NCBI GenBank assembly: GCA_044226625.1 | Contig: JBGAGQ010000020.1 | Location: forward strand, 1-64,000 | Source of the DNA: Thermoanaerobaculia bacterium | Lineage (GTDB): Bacteria; Acidobacteriota; Thermoanaerobaculia; Multivoradales; UBA5704 | Direction of reading: 5' to 3' | DNA: 64,000 bases | In this document: one piece after another, positions 1 through 12,500 of the stretch | How positions within the stretch are numbered: the stretch's first letter is position 1 | Layout of the letters: each line of letters opens with the position of its first letter | Made by a program: the position numbers and the translations under genes | Notes under the pieces: generated by a model | What the model was told of the DNA's origin: nothing | What the model saw: only the letters and a program-made list of their open reading frames with translations | Database searches by the model: none

Positions 1-473
1 GCGATCAGGTAGCCGTCCATCCCCGAGCCGACGAAGACGCCGATGCGCCGGCCCTCGGCGTCGAACCGATCGGGATCGATCCCCGCCGCTTCGAGCGCCT
101 CCCAGGCGACCTCGAGCAGCACGCGATGCTGCGGATCGAGCAGCTCCGCCTCGCGCGGCGTGAAGCCGAACAGCCCGGCGTCGAAGAGATCGGCGCCGTC
201 GAGCAGGCCGCGCGCCTTGACGTACGCCGGATCGGCGATCTCCGCCTCCGAGACGCCGGCGGCGCGCAGCTCGTCATCGGACAGACGAGCGATCGTCTCG
301 CGCCCCGCCGCGAAGTTCGCCCAGAGCGCCTCGACCGTCGAGGCCCCGGGAAAACGGACGGCGAAGCTCACGACGGCGATTCCCAAGGCGCCGGACATGC
401 CGGATTCTGGGGCGTCCGAAGGATCGCCGTCGGGGGTGGGCGGGGCGGGGGTCGCGGTCGGCTCGTGGATCAT
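1..473 (-). CDS. Type I PKS / hybrid NRPS-PKS, N-terminal part of ketosynthase domain (runs off left edge)
   Basis: Not in ORF track. Manual translation from ATG at 473: MIHEPT...GIAVVSFAVRFPGASTVEALWANFAAGRETI...DPAYVKARGLLDGADLFDAGLFGFTPREAELLDPQHRVLLEVAWEALEAAG...GVFVGSGMDGYLI, a classic KS N-terminus. GAGAG RBS-like sequence upstream; starts 47 bp after the NRPS stop. Confidence 0.93.
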   Translation of the reverse strand, partial: MIHEPTATPAPPTPDGDPSDAPESGMSGALGIAVVSFAVRFPGASTVEALWANFAAGRETIARLSDDELRAAGVSEAEIADPAYVKARGLLDGADLFDAGLFGFTPREAELLDPQHRVLLEVAWEALEAAGIDPDRFDAEGRRIGVFVGSGMDGYLI

Positions 474-520
474 GGCTCTCTCGATTTCCGTCTTTTTCCA
501 TCTCGAAGGCAAAAACGTCA

Positions 521-3500
521 TCAGATTCGTCGCCGGACGCGAGCGCGCCGCCGTTCGAGCTCGGCGAGCCCTTCGCGGCGCTCGACGCTGCGCAGCCGGG
601 CGGCCGACAGTTGCTCGACCTGACGCGCCTCGACCTCGGCTCCCCCGGTTTCGGAGAGGCTCGCGGCGAGCCGGCGCAGCGTCGGATGCTGAAACAAGGT
701 GACCAGGGGAATCTCGCGGCCGATCTCGACTTGGACGCGGCTGTGGAACCGCACCAGCGAGACGGAGCTCGCCCCGAGATCGAAGAAGTTGTCGTCCAGG
801 CCGGCCGCGCCGAACAGCTCGGTCCAGAGCCCCAGGAGACGCGCCTCGAGCCCACCGGCCGGCGGCGCCTCGAGCGATCGCGCCTCGAGCGTCCGCGCCT
901 CCGGAGCGCCGAATGCGGGCAGCGCGCGGCGATCGACCTTCCCGCCGGGCGCGATCGGCAGCGCGGGGAGGACCGCGATCGCCGCCGGGATCATCTGGAC
1001 GGGGAGCCGTGGGGCCAGGTGGGCGAGCAGATCCTCGGGCGACGGAGCGGCGGACGGGGCCGCCACCCAGGCGACGAGGCGATCGGCGAAACGGTCCGAC
1101 CGTTCGACCCCCGCGACCGCCGCGGCGACCGCCGGGTGGGTCATCAGCGCCGCCTCGATCTCTCCCAGCTCGATGCGGAAGCCGCGCAGCTTGACCTGCC
1201 CTCCGGGACCTTCGACCCGGCCGAGGAACTCGAGGTCCCCGCCGGGCAGGTGGCGGACGAGGTCGCCGGTCCGATAGAGCCGCGCGCCGCGATCCCCCTC
1301 GGCGGTCGACGGATCCGGCACGAACCGGTCGGCGGTGAGGTCGGGGCGATCGAGGTAGCCGCGAGCGAGGCTTGGGCCGCCGAGCAACAGCTCCCCCACC
1401 ACGCCGCGCGGCACCGGTCGGAAATGGGCATCGACGACGGCGACGCGGATGTGCGGCATCCCGCGGCCGATCGGCAGGCGCGCCGGCACGTCGCTCGTCC
1501 GCGGGATCGGCCAACCCGCCGCGATGACCGTGGTCTCGGTCGGGCCGTAGACGTTGACCAGGCGGAGGGCGGGCTCGCGCGCGAGGAGGTCGCGCACCGA
1601 GTCGCCGTGCCCTGCCTCGCCGCCGAAGCGCACCTCCCGTAACGACGCCGGACAGCGCAGGTCCTCGGCCGCGATCGCCGCGCAAATCTGGCTCCAATAC
1701 GCCGTCGAGAGGAAGACGACGCTCACTCGCCGCTCCTCGAACTGACGGAGCAGCTCGCGCGCGCCGGGCACTTCGGTGCCGCGGATCGACAGCGCGCCCC
1801 CGGCGGCGAGGGGAGCGAAGATCTCCTCGACGCTGCCGTCGAAGCCGAGCGACGAGAACTGCGGCATCCGGTCGTCAGGACCGAGTCCGAGGACCTCCGT
1901 CTGAGAGGCGATATAGGCCTCCAGCGCGCCGTGCGAGACGGCGACCCCTTTGGGCCGCCCCGTCGAGCCCGAGGTGTAGGTGACGTAGGCGAGCCGTGCC
2001 GGATCGAAAGCCGGTGCGGTAGGAACCTTCCGCTCGTCCCCTACGTCGTTCTCGAAATCGGTACCCGGAGCGGCCACGCGTTCGATCCGGGCATCGTTCA
2101 GCAGGACCACCGGCATCGTGAGCGTCGGAAGCCGCTCGGCCCAGCGAGCGGCGATCCGGAACGCCCAGGCCCGCTCGTCCGAGCGCCCGGCCTCGCGCGG
2201 GGCGACCAGCGCGCGGCAGGCGCTATCCGCGAGAACGAAGGCGATTCTCTCGGCGGGATACCCCGCGTCGAGCGGCACGTAGGCGCAGCCGACGGAGAGG
2301 ATCGCGTGGATCGCGATCAGCGCCTCGAACGATCGATCGAGCGCGATCGCCACCCGGTCCTCGGGGCGCAAATCCAAGGCGCGGAAGCGGCGGGCGAGCG
2401 CCCGCGAGCGCGACACGAGCGCGCCGAACGTGAGGACCGCATCGCCGAAGAATGCCGCCGGCCGGTCGGGCGCCCGCTCCGCCCAGGCCGCCACCCGCTC
2501 GGTCCAGGGCGACACCTCCGCGGGATCGTGGCCGGCGCGCCATTCGACCAGGACTTGATGGCGCTCTCCTGGTCCCAGCATCGGCAGGTCGCCCCAGGGC
2601 GCGCCGTTCGGGTCGTCGACCGCGGCGGCGAGGAGGCGGCCGAGCTGATCCACCCAGCGCCAGGCGGTCGTCCGATCGAACAGGTCCGCGGCGATCTCGA
2701 GCCGTCCCGCCATGCCGTCCGGCGTCCGCTCGATCGACAGCAGCAGCTCGAATTTCGCGTCGATCGTCGAGCCGTCAAGCTCCTCGAGGTCCGCGAGGAC
2801 CGTCAAGGAGAGATCGCCGAACCGGGCTCCCCGGAGCGGGCTCTCCGCCTGCCAGTTAAGCGCGGCCTGGACTAACGGCGGCCGGCTGGGATCGCGATCC
2901 CGCGCGACTACTTCCACCAGGCGCTCGAACGGCATCTCCGCGTGGGCGAGCGCGTCGAGCGCTCGGTTTCGTACCCGGCCGAGCAGATCGGCGAAGCTCC
3001 CTTCCGCTCCTGAGAGACCGACCCGGTCGATTCGCAGCGGCACGACGTTGGCGAAGAATCCGATCAGCGGCTCGATCTCGGGCCGATCGCGGCCAGAGAC
3101 CGGCGTGCCGAGCAGCAGCGGCGCCCGTCCCGAAGCGACCGTCCAGCGCGCGAGCAAGGCGCCGAATCCGGCCGCGAGCACGGCGAACGCCGTCGTCCCC
3201 TGCGCGCGGGCGAGCGCCTCGATTCGTTCCGCGAGACCGAGGCCCCAAACGAGCGGTACGGCGAGGCCCCGGGTGGAAAGGACCGGCGGACGCGTCCGGT
3301 CGGTCGGCAGGTCGAGCACCGTGGGTACTTGGGCCAGCTCGTGGCGCCAGAACTGGATCTGGCGAGAGGTCTCTTCTCCCTCGACCCTGCCCGCGGTCTC
3401 ACCGCTAGCCTCCCGGCCGACGAGGGCGTCGGCCCAACGCCGCCGCTGCCAGGCGGCGTAGTCGGCCACCTGGATCGACAGCGCGGGAAGCGCCGCGGCG

Positions 3501-6500
3501 CGCCCCGCCGAGAGCGCCGCAAGCGCCTCTCCCACCTCGGCGACCAGCAGGCCGATCGACGCGCCGTCGGAGACGGCGTGGTGGTGCTCGAAGAGCAGCA
3601 CGTGGTCACCCCCGTTCGTCGCCGGGTGCGAAGCGAGGCGCAGGAGCAGGGCGCGGAACAGCGGACCCACGGCGAGATCGAACGGCAGGCGCGCGCGATC
3701 GCGGGCGAGGCGCCGAACCTCCGCGGCGCGGGGCGTGGCATCCAGCGACGCGAGATCGATCGCGGGGAGCGCCATGAGCCCGGGCGGCGCGATCGCGAGA
3801 CGCGGACGGCCCTCCCGCTCGGGGAAGCTCGCGCGGAGCCCTTCGTGCCGCCGAGCGACCTCGGCGATCGCCGCGGCCAACCGCGGCGGTTCGAGCGGCC
3901 CCGTGAGGCGCAAGGCGACCGGTAGGTTGTAGGCCGCCCCGGCGCCCATCCGGTCGAGGAACCAGAGCCGCTCCTGCGCGAGCGAGAGGGGGCGCTCCGC
4001 CCGGGACGGAAGCGGAACGATCGGCGGGCTCGCGGCGACCGCTTTGGCGGGGCTCGAGACCGCGGAAACGCCGGCCGCGATCCGCTCGGCGAGCTCGCGC
4101 ACGGTCGGCCGCTCGAACAGGGCCTTGAGCGGCAGCGCCAGACCGAACCGGCGCCGAACCGCGGAGAGCACCCGGGCCGCGAGCAGCGAATGGCCGCCGA
4201 GGGCGAAGAAGCCGTCGTGGGCGCCGATCGGTTGTCTCTCCCCGACGGCATCGACGGAGCCCAGAACCTCGCCAAAGATCTCCGCCACCTTCGTCTCGAT
4301 CGGCCCGGAAGGAGGCTCGTACGACGGCGCCCCGGAGTCGGGCTCGTGAGGTGCGACCGGCCGGCGCCTTTCCGGCTCAGGCGCGAGGCGGCGGTCGATC
4401 TCGGACAACGGGAGCGAAGGATCGTCCACGGCCGCTTCCAGCAGCTCGACGAAGCTCCGCGCCCAACGCTCCACGCTCGCCCGAGCGAAGAGGTTGGCGT
4501 CGTATTCGAAACGACCGACGAGAATCCCTTCGACCTCTCGGAGCGCAAGCGCGAGATCGAGCTTCGCGGTCGCGGTCGAAAGCTCTTCGATCTCGATCGC
4601 GAGGCCCGGGATGTTCGGCGGGGCGAGCGGCCGGTCCTGGTAGGTGAACAGCACGGAGAAGAGAGGCGGCCGGCCGTCGCGCCGTGCTGTCGCGGCGCCC
4701 AGCTCTTCGATCAAACGCTCGAGCGGCAGGTCGCCGCGCGAGAGGGCCGAAAGCGCCGCGCCCCGCGCGCGGAGGACGAGGTCCGCGAAGCTCGGATCGC
4801 CGTCGGTCCGCAGCCGAACCGGCACGGTGTTCACGAACAGACCGATCAGCGGCTCGATCTCCTCGCGGGTCCGCCCTGCCACCGGAACGCCGATCACCAG
4901 ATCGTCCTGCCCCGCGACTCTCGCGAGCAACGACGCCAGGGCGGCGAGCGTCCACTGGAACGGCGTCGCCCCGAACGACCGCGCCCGGGCAAACAGCCGC
5001 GTCGAAAGGGCCGCCGAGAGGGCGACCGGCACCTCCCCGCCGCGCGATCCAGCGCGGAGCCGGTCCATTCCATCAACGGGAAAATCGGTCGGTAGATCGA
5101 GCCTCTCCGGCGCCCCTGCGAGCTCGGCCCGCGCGAGGTCGAAAGCAGGCTCCAACGCGCCGCGCGCCAGCTCCTCGCGCTGCCACGCGGCGAAGTCGGC
5201 GTAGGCGATCGGCAGCTCGGGCAACGGCGACGGCCGCCCGGCCTCGGCCGCCTCGGCCACCTCCATCAGGACTCCCAGCTCGCGGGCGAACAGGGCGAGC
5301 GAAGCGCCGTCGGCCGCGAGGTGGTGGATCGTCGCGGCGAGCCGCGCCTCCCGTGGGGCCAGCGCGAGCCAGAGCGCACGCAGGAGCGGCTCGCGGCCGA
5401 TCGCGAACGGGCGGCGCGCCGCCGCGGTTTCGATCCGCCGCGCTTCCGACGCCCTGGCGTTCGAGACGGCCCGGAGATCGACGCGAGGCATCCGAAGCAG
5501 ACGAGACGACCAGGGGATCTCCCATCCACGGACGTCCGTGATCCAGGAATTGCCGACGAGCGTCTCGACCTCCACGAACCGGGTGCGGAGAGGTGCGTGG
5601 CGGCTGAGGATCGCACCGAGCGCCGCGGCGAACCGTGGCGCGAGCCGGTCCGGTTCGCCGCCGCGGATCCCCAGGACGAACGGCAGATGGTAGGCGGCGG
5701 TGCCCGGCTCCAGTCGTTCGAGGAATTCCATCCGCTCGACCGCGAACGAGAGCGGCTCTCCTTCCGGATCGCGCGTCCGGCGCGTCGGGGGAGATCCCCC
5801 TCGCCGTTCGTTCGCTCGAAGCTCGCGTGCGAGCCCCGCGGGGGTCGGCGCGGCGAAGAATCGGGCGAGCGGAAGCGTCGCGGCCCGCGCGCCGAACACC
5901 TCCCGCACCCGCGCGAGCAGCCGCGCCGCGAGCAGGGAGCCACCGCCGAGGGCGAAGAAGTCCTCTCGGACCGCGACCCGCTCCCGCCCCAGCACCTCGG
6001 CGAACAGAGCGGCGACCGTCGCCTCGATCTCGTCGCCCCCAATCGACTCGCTCGCCCCTCCATCCACGGCGTCGCGCGCGGGGAGGAAACTCGGACGCAA
6101 GGCGCGACGGAGCCGAAGCTCCGCCTCCTCCTCGGCGCGAAACACTGGCACCGACGAGAGCGGCGAGCCGGAGCCAAGCGAGAGGGCCGAGACGAACGAA
6201 AGCAGGCGATCGTAGGCGGCGAGCCAGCGGTCGATCGTCGAGCGATCGAAGAGATCCGAGTCGTATTCGGCTGAGATGGCGAGACCGCCGTCGGGAGTCG
6301 GCGTCGCGTCGAGCGTCAGATCGAAGCGCGCGGTGCCGACGTCGACCCGGCGCGGTGAGAAGGTGACGCCACCCACCTGCCAAGGAGAGAGCGGCTCCTC
6401 CAGGACGAAGAGGACCGGAAACAGCGGGCTCCGCGCCGTATCGCGTCGCGGCGAGAGATCTTCCACCAGGACCTCGAACGGCAGGTCGCGGTGGGCGAGT

Positions 6501-9500
6501 GCGAAACGCACCGCGTCGCGCGCTCGCGCGAGAAGCGCTTCGGCCGCCGGGTCGTCGCCCAGGTTGACGTCGAGCACGAGGGTGTTGCCGAACATGCCGA
6601 TCAGCCGCTCCACCTCGACGCGCGGCCGGATCTCGACCGGCGTGCCCAGGGGGATGCGCGGCTCGCCGGTCAGTCTCGCGAGCAAGGCGAACGCGGCGGC
6701 GGAGAGCGCCTGGAACCGGCTCGCGCTCGATCGCCGCGCGGCTTCGTCGAGACCGGCGACCACCGCCGCGGAGATCGATCGGGATGCGACGTCTCCGCGG
6801 CCCGAGCGCGCCTCGGGCCGGTCGCGATCGGTGGGGAGATCGAGAAGCGGAAGGCCGGAGAGGCGTTCTCTCCAGGTCGCGAGAAGGGTCTCCAGCCGCT
6901 CGGGGTCGAGCGCCTCGCGTTGCCAGACCGCGAAATCCGCGAACTGGATCGGCAGCTCCGGAAGCCGCCCCGCCCTCGCCTCGACCGAGGCCGACCAAGT
7001 CTCGGCGAGCTCGGCGGCGAATATCCCGAGCGAGCCGCCGTCGGCCGCGGCATGGTGGAGCGAGAGAGCGAGCCGAAACTCGTCCGGCCGCTCCCCGACC
7101 AGCAGAGTACGGAGCACCACGCCGCGGGATAGATCGAGCGGCAAGGTCCCCAACGCCTGAACGAGGCGAGCGCCCTCGTTCTTCCGACGTTCGGCGGGGA
7201 CAGCGCGAAGATCCGCGAAGGGGAGTGGTGGGATCGATGATCCGACCGGCCGCGCAATCTGGCGCGGCCCCGCCGAACCGTCGCGGATCGCGGTCCGCAA
7301 GACCTCGTGCCGCGCCACCACCCGGGCGAGCGCCGCCGCGAGACGCGCGGGCGCCGCACCGTCGAGCGCCCCCGCGATCTCGACCTCTCCCGCCAGGTGG
7401 TAGGTCGGCCGCCCGGGAGCGAGCTGGTCCAGGAACCAGATCCGCTCCTGCGCGAAGGCGAGCGGCAGGCCCTCCTTCGGACGGCCGCACGCCACCAGGG
7501 GCAACGAAGCCACGGGCGATCCAGCCTGCGCACCTCCTTCGGCGAGCCGGACTCCCAGCCCCGCCACGGTCGGCGCCTCGAACAGGTCCGCGACGGGCAG
7601 CTCGCGGCCGAGCCGCCGAGCGACTCGAGCCGCCGCCCGCGCCGCGAGCAGCGAATGTCCGCCGAGGGCGAAGAAGTCGTCGTGGACCCCCACCTTTTCG
7701 CGCCCCAACACCTCCGCGAAGATCTCGGCGAGAGCCACCTCGATGCGGTTCCGCGGCGCGACGTATTCGGCTCCGCCGGGCTCTTCCGCGGCGAGCCGAC
7801 CGAGCGCCTTGCGGTCGAGCTTGCCGTTCGGCAGACGCGGCAGCGTATCGAGCCGCGCGAGCGTCCCCGGCACGAGATAGCCGGGGAGGCGCCCTTTGAG
7901 CTCGGCGAGGATCGCCGCGGTCTCCGCCTCTCCGGCGACGAATCCCGCGAGCCGACGGTCTCCCCCCTCGCCCACCACGGCGACCGCCGCCTCGCGTACG
8001 CCCGGCACGGCGAGCAGCGCCGCCTCGACCTCCCCCAGCTCCACGCGGAAACCGCGCACCTTCACCTGGTTGTCGATACGGCCGAGGTAATGGAGCGTCG
8101 GCCGGCCGAAATGCGGATCTCGAAGGTCGAGTCGCGACCGGTCGCCCGTCGTGTAGAGCCGTGCCCCTGGAACGCCGGAGAACGGATCGGGAACGAATCG
8201 CTCCGCGGTCAGGTCGGGCCGTCCGAGGTAACCGCGCGCGAGACCGGCTCCGGCGAGACGCAGCTCACCGGGCACGCCCGCGGGCAACAGCTCGCCGAAC
8301 CGTCCAACCACGTACCCCGAGGTACCCGGAAGGGGTTGGCCGATCGGCGGCGGCGGCCCCTCCTCGCCTCGGCGGATCTCCTGCCAGGTCGAATACGTCG
8401 TGTCCTCGGAAGGCCCGTACAGGTTGTTCACCCGACGCACGCTCGGGCTCGAAGCGAAGATCCGCTCGACGAGCGTTCCGGGAAGCGCCTCGCCCGCGAG
8501 GTTCACGGCGAGGATGCTCGCGGGCAGACCCTCGGAACGGACCAGCTCGGCGAGCGCCGACGGCACGGTGTTGATCAGCGTCACCGGATGCCGCGCCGCC
8601 GCCACGGCGAGATCAAGCGCGTTGTCGGCGAGCACCAGCGCCCCCCCAGAGGAGAGCGTCGCGAACAGCTCGAAGACGGAAAGATCAAAGCAGACCGAGG
8701 TGGCGAACAGCACCGCCTGCAACTCGTCGGCAGGGAACGCCGAGAGCGACCAGGAGATGAACCCCGCGGCAGTCCCGTGATCGATCGCCACGCTCTTCGG
8801 CCGCCCGGTGGAGCCCGAGGTGTAGATCAGATAAGCGAGATGCCGCGGCTCGGGGCGGGCCACCCTCGCGAGATCTCGGCCCGTCTCCCGATGATCGATC
8901 AAGTCCTCGATCGGCAGGGCGACCTCCGCCGGAACCAGATGGGCGAGCCCGCGCTCCACGAGGCAGATCCGCGCGCCCGAATCGTCGAGCAGAAAGCGCA
9001 GGCGCTCCTCCGGATACGCCGGATCGAGCGGCACATAGGCACCCCCGGCGGCGAGCACGCCGAGGAGCGAGGCGACCAGATCGGGCCCCCGCGAGAGGAG
9101 GACCCCCACCCGTTCCTCCGGCGCCACGCCGCGCGCCCGAAGCACGTCGGCGAATCCCTGCGCGCGCGCGGCGAGTTGGCCGTAGGTCAGCCGCTCCTCC
9201 GCGCCCACCACGGCGAGCGCGCCCGGCCGCTCGGCGGCGAGGGCGAAGAAACGCGCGTGCAGGAGCGCAAGCCCGGGAGTCGGCACCGCCGCTCCTCCGT
9301 CGCTCGCCGCGAGGATCTGCGCCCGCTCCGCATCCGTGAGCAGCGGCAGCTCGGACAGGCGCACCGGGGTACCGGAGGCGATCGCTTCGATCGAGCGCTC
9401 CCAGGCGGCGAGCCAGCGCTCGATCGTCGCGCCGTCGAATCGCTCGGTGTCGTACTCCGCCCAGATCTCGAAACCGGCCGCGGCGGGAACCACCGCGAGC

Positions 9501-12500
9501 GCCAGATCGAGCTTAGCCGTCCCCGAATCGAGCCGGCGCGGCAGCAGCTCGAGCGCGCCGGCCCGGCGCGGCGCGAGCGGCGGCTCGAGCGAAAGCAGCA
9601 CGTCGAACAGCGGGTTCTGCGCTAGGTCGCGACGGGGCGCGATCTCTTCCACCAACAGCTCGAACGGCAGCTCTTCCCGCGCATAGGCGGCGAGCGCCCC
9701 GGCGCGCATCCGTTCGAGCAACTCGGGAGCCGTCGGGTCGTCGCCCGTTTCGAGGTCGAGGACGAGGGTGTTGGCGAGGAAGCCGAAAACGCCCGCGAGC
9801 TCCGGTGCATTTCGGTTCGCGACCGGCGTGCCGATCGCCGTCTTCGCCCGTCCCGAGAGGCGCGCGAGCAGGGCATGGAGCGCCGCGCCGAGGAGCATGA
9901 ACGGCGTGGCGCCGAACGACCGTGCCCGCGCGGCGAGACGCTCGCCGAGGCCGCCGCCGAAGCGGGCGGAGAGCGTCCGTCCCGCACCGGTCCGGCGCGC
10001 ACCGCGCGCGCGGTCGGCCGGCAGGTCGAGCGGCTCGAGATCGGCCAAACGATCGCGAAAATAGGCGAGCGGCTCGCGGACGCGAGAGGCGGTGAGATGC
10101 TGGGTCTGCCACCGCGCGACGTCGGCGAGCTGGATCTCCGCCGGAGGAAGATTCGGCGCCGCCCCTCGGCAGAACGCGCCGTACGCCGCCTCGAACTCTC
10201 CCCAAAAAAGATCGAGCGAGGCACCGTCGGCGATTAGGTGGTGGAAAACCGAGACGAGCTGGGCGCGCGTCGGGCCGAACATCAAGGAGGCGAAGCGGAC
10301 CAGAGGCCCGGCCGCGAGATCGAAGGGCCGACGCGCGAGCTCGCGGGCCAACCGTTCCGATTCCGCGGCTTCAGGGCCTAGCGCCGACAGATCGACGCGA
10401 GGCAGGAGGGCACCGCTCACCGCGGAGGCGATCTGGTAGGGCTCCCCTTCTTCGTTGGGGATCGCCGTCCTTAGGGCCTCGTGGCGCTCGACCAGCGCTA
10501 TGAGCGTCTTTTCGAGCGCGCCCTCGTTCCGCTTGCCGCGAAGCTCCACCGCCCCGGCGACGTGATAGGTCGCCCGTCCCGGATGCAGCCGCTCCAGGAA
10601 CCAGAGCCGCCGCTGCGGGAAGGTGAGCGGCGAGCGTTGGCCGCGGACTCCAGATCGGACTCGTGGCAGCGGCTCCCCACCCGCGTCTCCCTCGGTGAGC
10701 CTTTTCGCCAGCTTTTCCGCCAACCTCTCCGCCAGGCCGGATACCGTCGGCCTCTCGAACAGCGCCACGAGCGGCAGCTCGCGTTCGAAGGCCCGCCCCA
10801 CGCGCGCCGCGGCGCGCGCGGCCGACAGCGAATGGAGCCCGAGCCCGAGGAGGTCCTCGTGCCGACCGATCGGACGCGACGTTCCCAGCACCTCGGCGAA
10901 GATCCCCGCGACGATCTCCTCGGTGGCGTTCTTCGGCGGCTCGTACGCTTCCCCCCCGGTCCCGAAGCTCGGCTCGGGCAATCTCCGCCGATCGATCTTG
11001 CCGTTCGGAGTCAGCGGGATCGCCGAGAGCTCGACGAACGCGCTCGGGATCATCGCCTCGGGCAACCGCGCCGCGAGCGCCGATTTGAGCCGTTCGACGT
11101 CGAAAGCCCGCTCGGTCGGCACAACGTAGGCCGCGAGCCGCGCCCGCTCCCCCGTTCCGAAGACGGCGGCGGCCGCCCCCGAAACCCCTGGCGCGGCCAG
11201 GATCGCCGCTTCGATCTCCCCCAGCTCGATCCTCTGGCCGCGCACCTTGACCTGCGCGTCGATTCGGCCCAGGAAATCGAGCACCCGCGACCCGTTCCCG
11301 TCCACTTTCCAACGGACCCGATCGCCGGTTCGATAGAGGCGCGCGCCCGGCTCGCCGGAAAACGGATCGGGGATGAACCGCTCGGCCGTCAGGTCCGGGC
11401 GCCGGTGGTAGCCGCGAGCGAGCCCCCTCCCGCCGAGCGCGAGCTCTCCCGCCTCGCCAAACGGCGCGAGCTGACGGTTGCGATCGAACGCCCGGTCGAG
11501 GACGTAGGCGCGCACGCCGTCGATCGGCCGTCCGATCGACGGCGCGCCTTCTTCTTCGCGCGGATCTCCGGCCCGCACCTCGCCGGCGGTCGCCACCACC
11601 GCGTTCTCGGTCGGCCCGTAGTGATTGACGAGCGCGAAGGGAAGCCCGGCCGGCGGGTTCGAGCGCAGCCGGTCGCCGCCGGTCAAGATCACGCGGAGCC
11701 CGCGGCCTGGGCGGGAGTCCGCCGGCTCCCTTTTCGCCAATGCCCACGTACCGGCGAGGCACGCCTCGGCGATCGGGGTCGAGAGGAAGGCGACCGTCGC
11801 CTCGACGCGCTCGAGCCACGCGGGCAGGCGCTCCGGATCGGTGCGCATCCCTGCCTCTGGCGCGACCAGGGCGGCGCCCGCGGCGAGCGGCGGCCAGGTC
11901 TCCCAAACCGCCGCGTCGAACGCCGGGCCCGCGAGCAGCGGCGTCCGGTCCGAAGGGGTCAGGCGGTAGGTTGCGAGATGCCACGCGAACAGGTTCGCGA
12001 GCGCACCGTGCGGCACGACGACCGCTTTTGGCCGGCCGGTCGAGCCGGAGGTGTAAATCGCGTACGCCGCCTGCTCCGGCGCGACGTTCGCCGGCCGGGT
12101 AAGGGGCCGGCCACCTGGCGCCTCGAGATCGAGCACCGGGCAGGAGAAGATCCGCCGGGCTCGCTCGAGCATCTCGCGGGAAGCGAGCACGATCGCGGCT
12201 CCGCTGTCGGCGATCTCGAAAGCGAGCCGCTCGTCGGGATGAGCCGGATCGAGCGGCAGGTACGCCCCGCCCGCCAAAAGCGCCGCGAGCTGGCCGATCA
12301 CCGCCGCGGCCGAGCGTCCGGCGAGAAGGGCGACGAAGCGCTCCGCGCCCACCCCGCGCGCCGCGAGATCCCCACCCAGCGCGAGCGCCCGGTTCCAGAG
12401 ATCCCCGTAGTTGAGAACCCTGCCCGCTTCGACGATCGCAACCGCCGTCGGGTCGGCGGCGACCCGCGCGGCCACCGCTTCGGGGATGAGCTGGAGCGGG

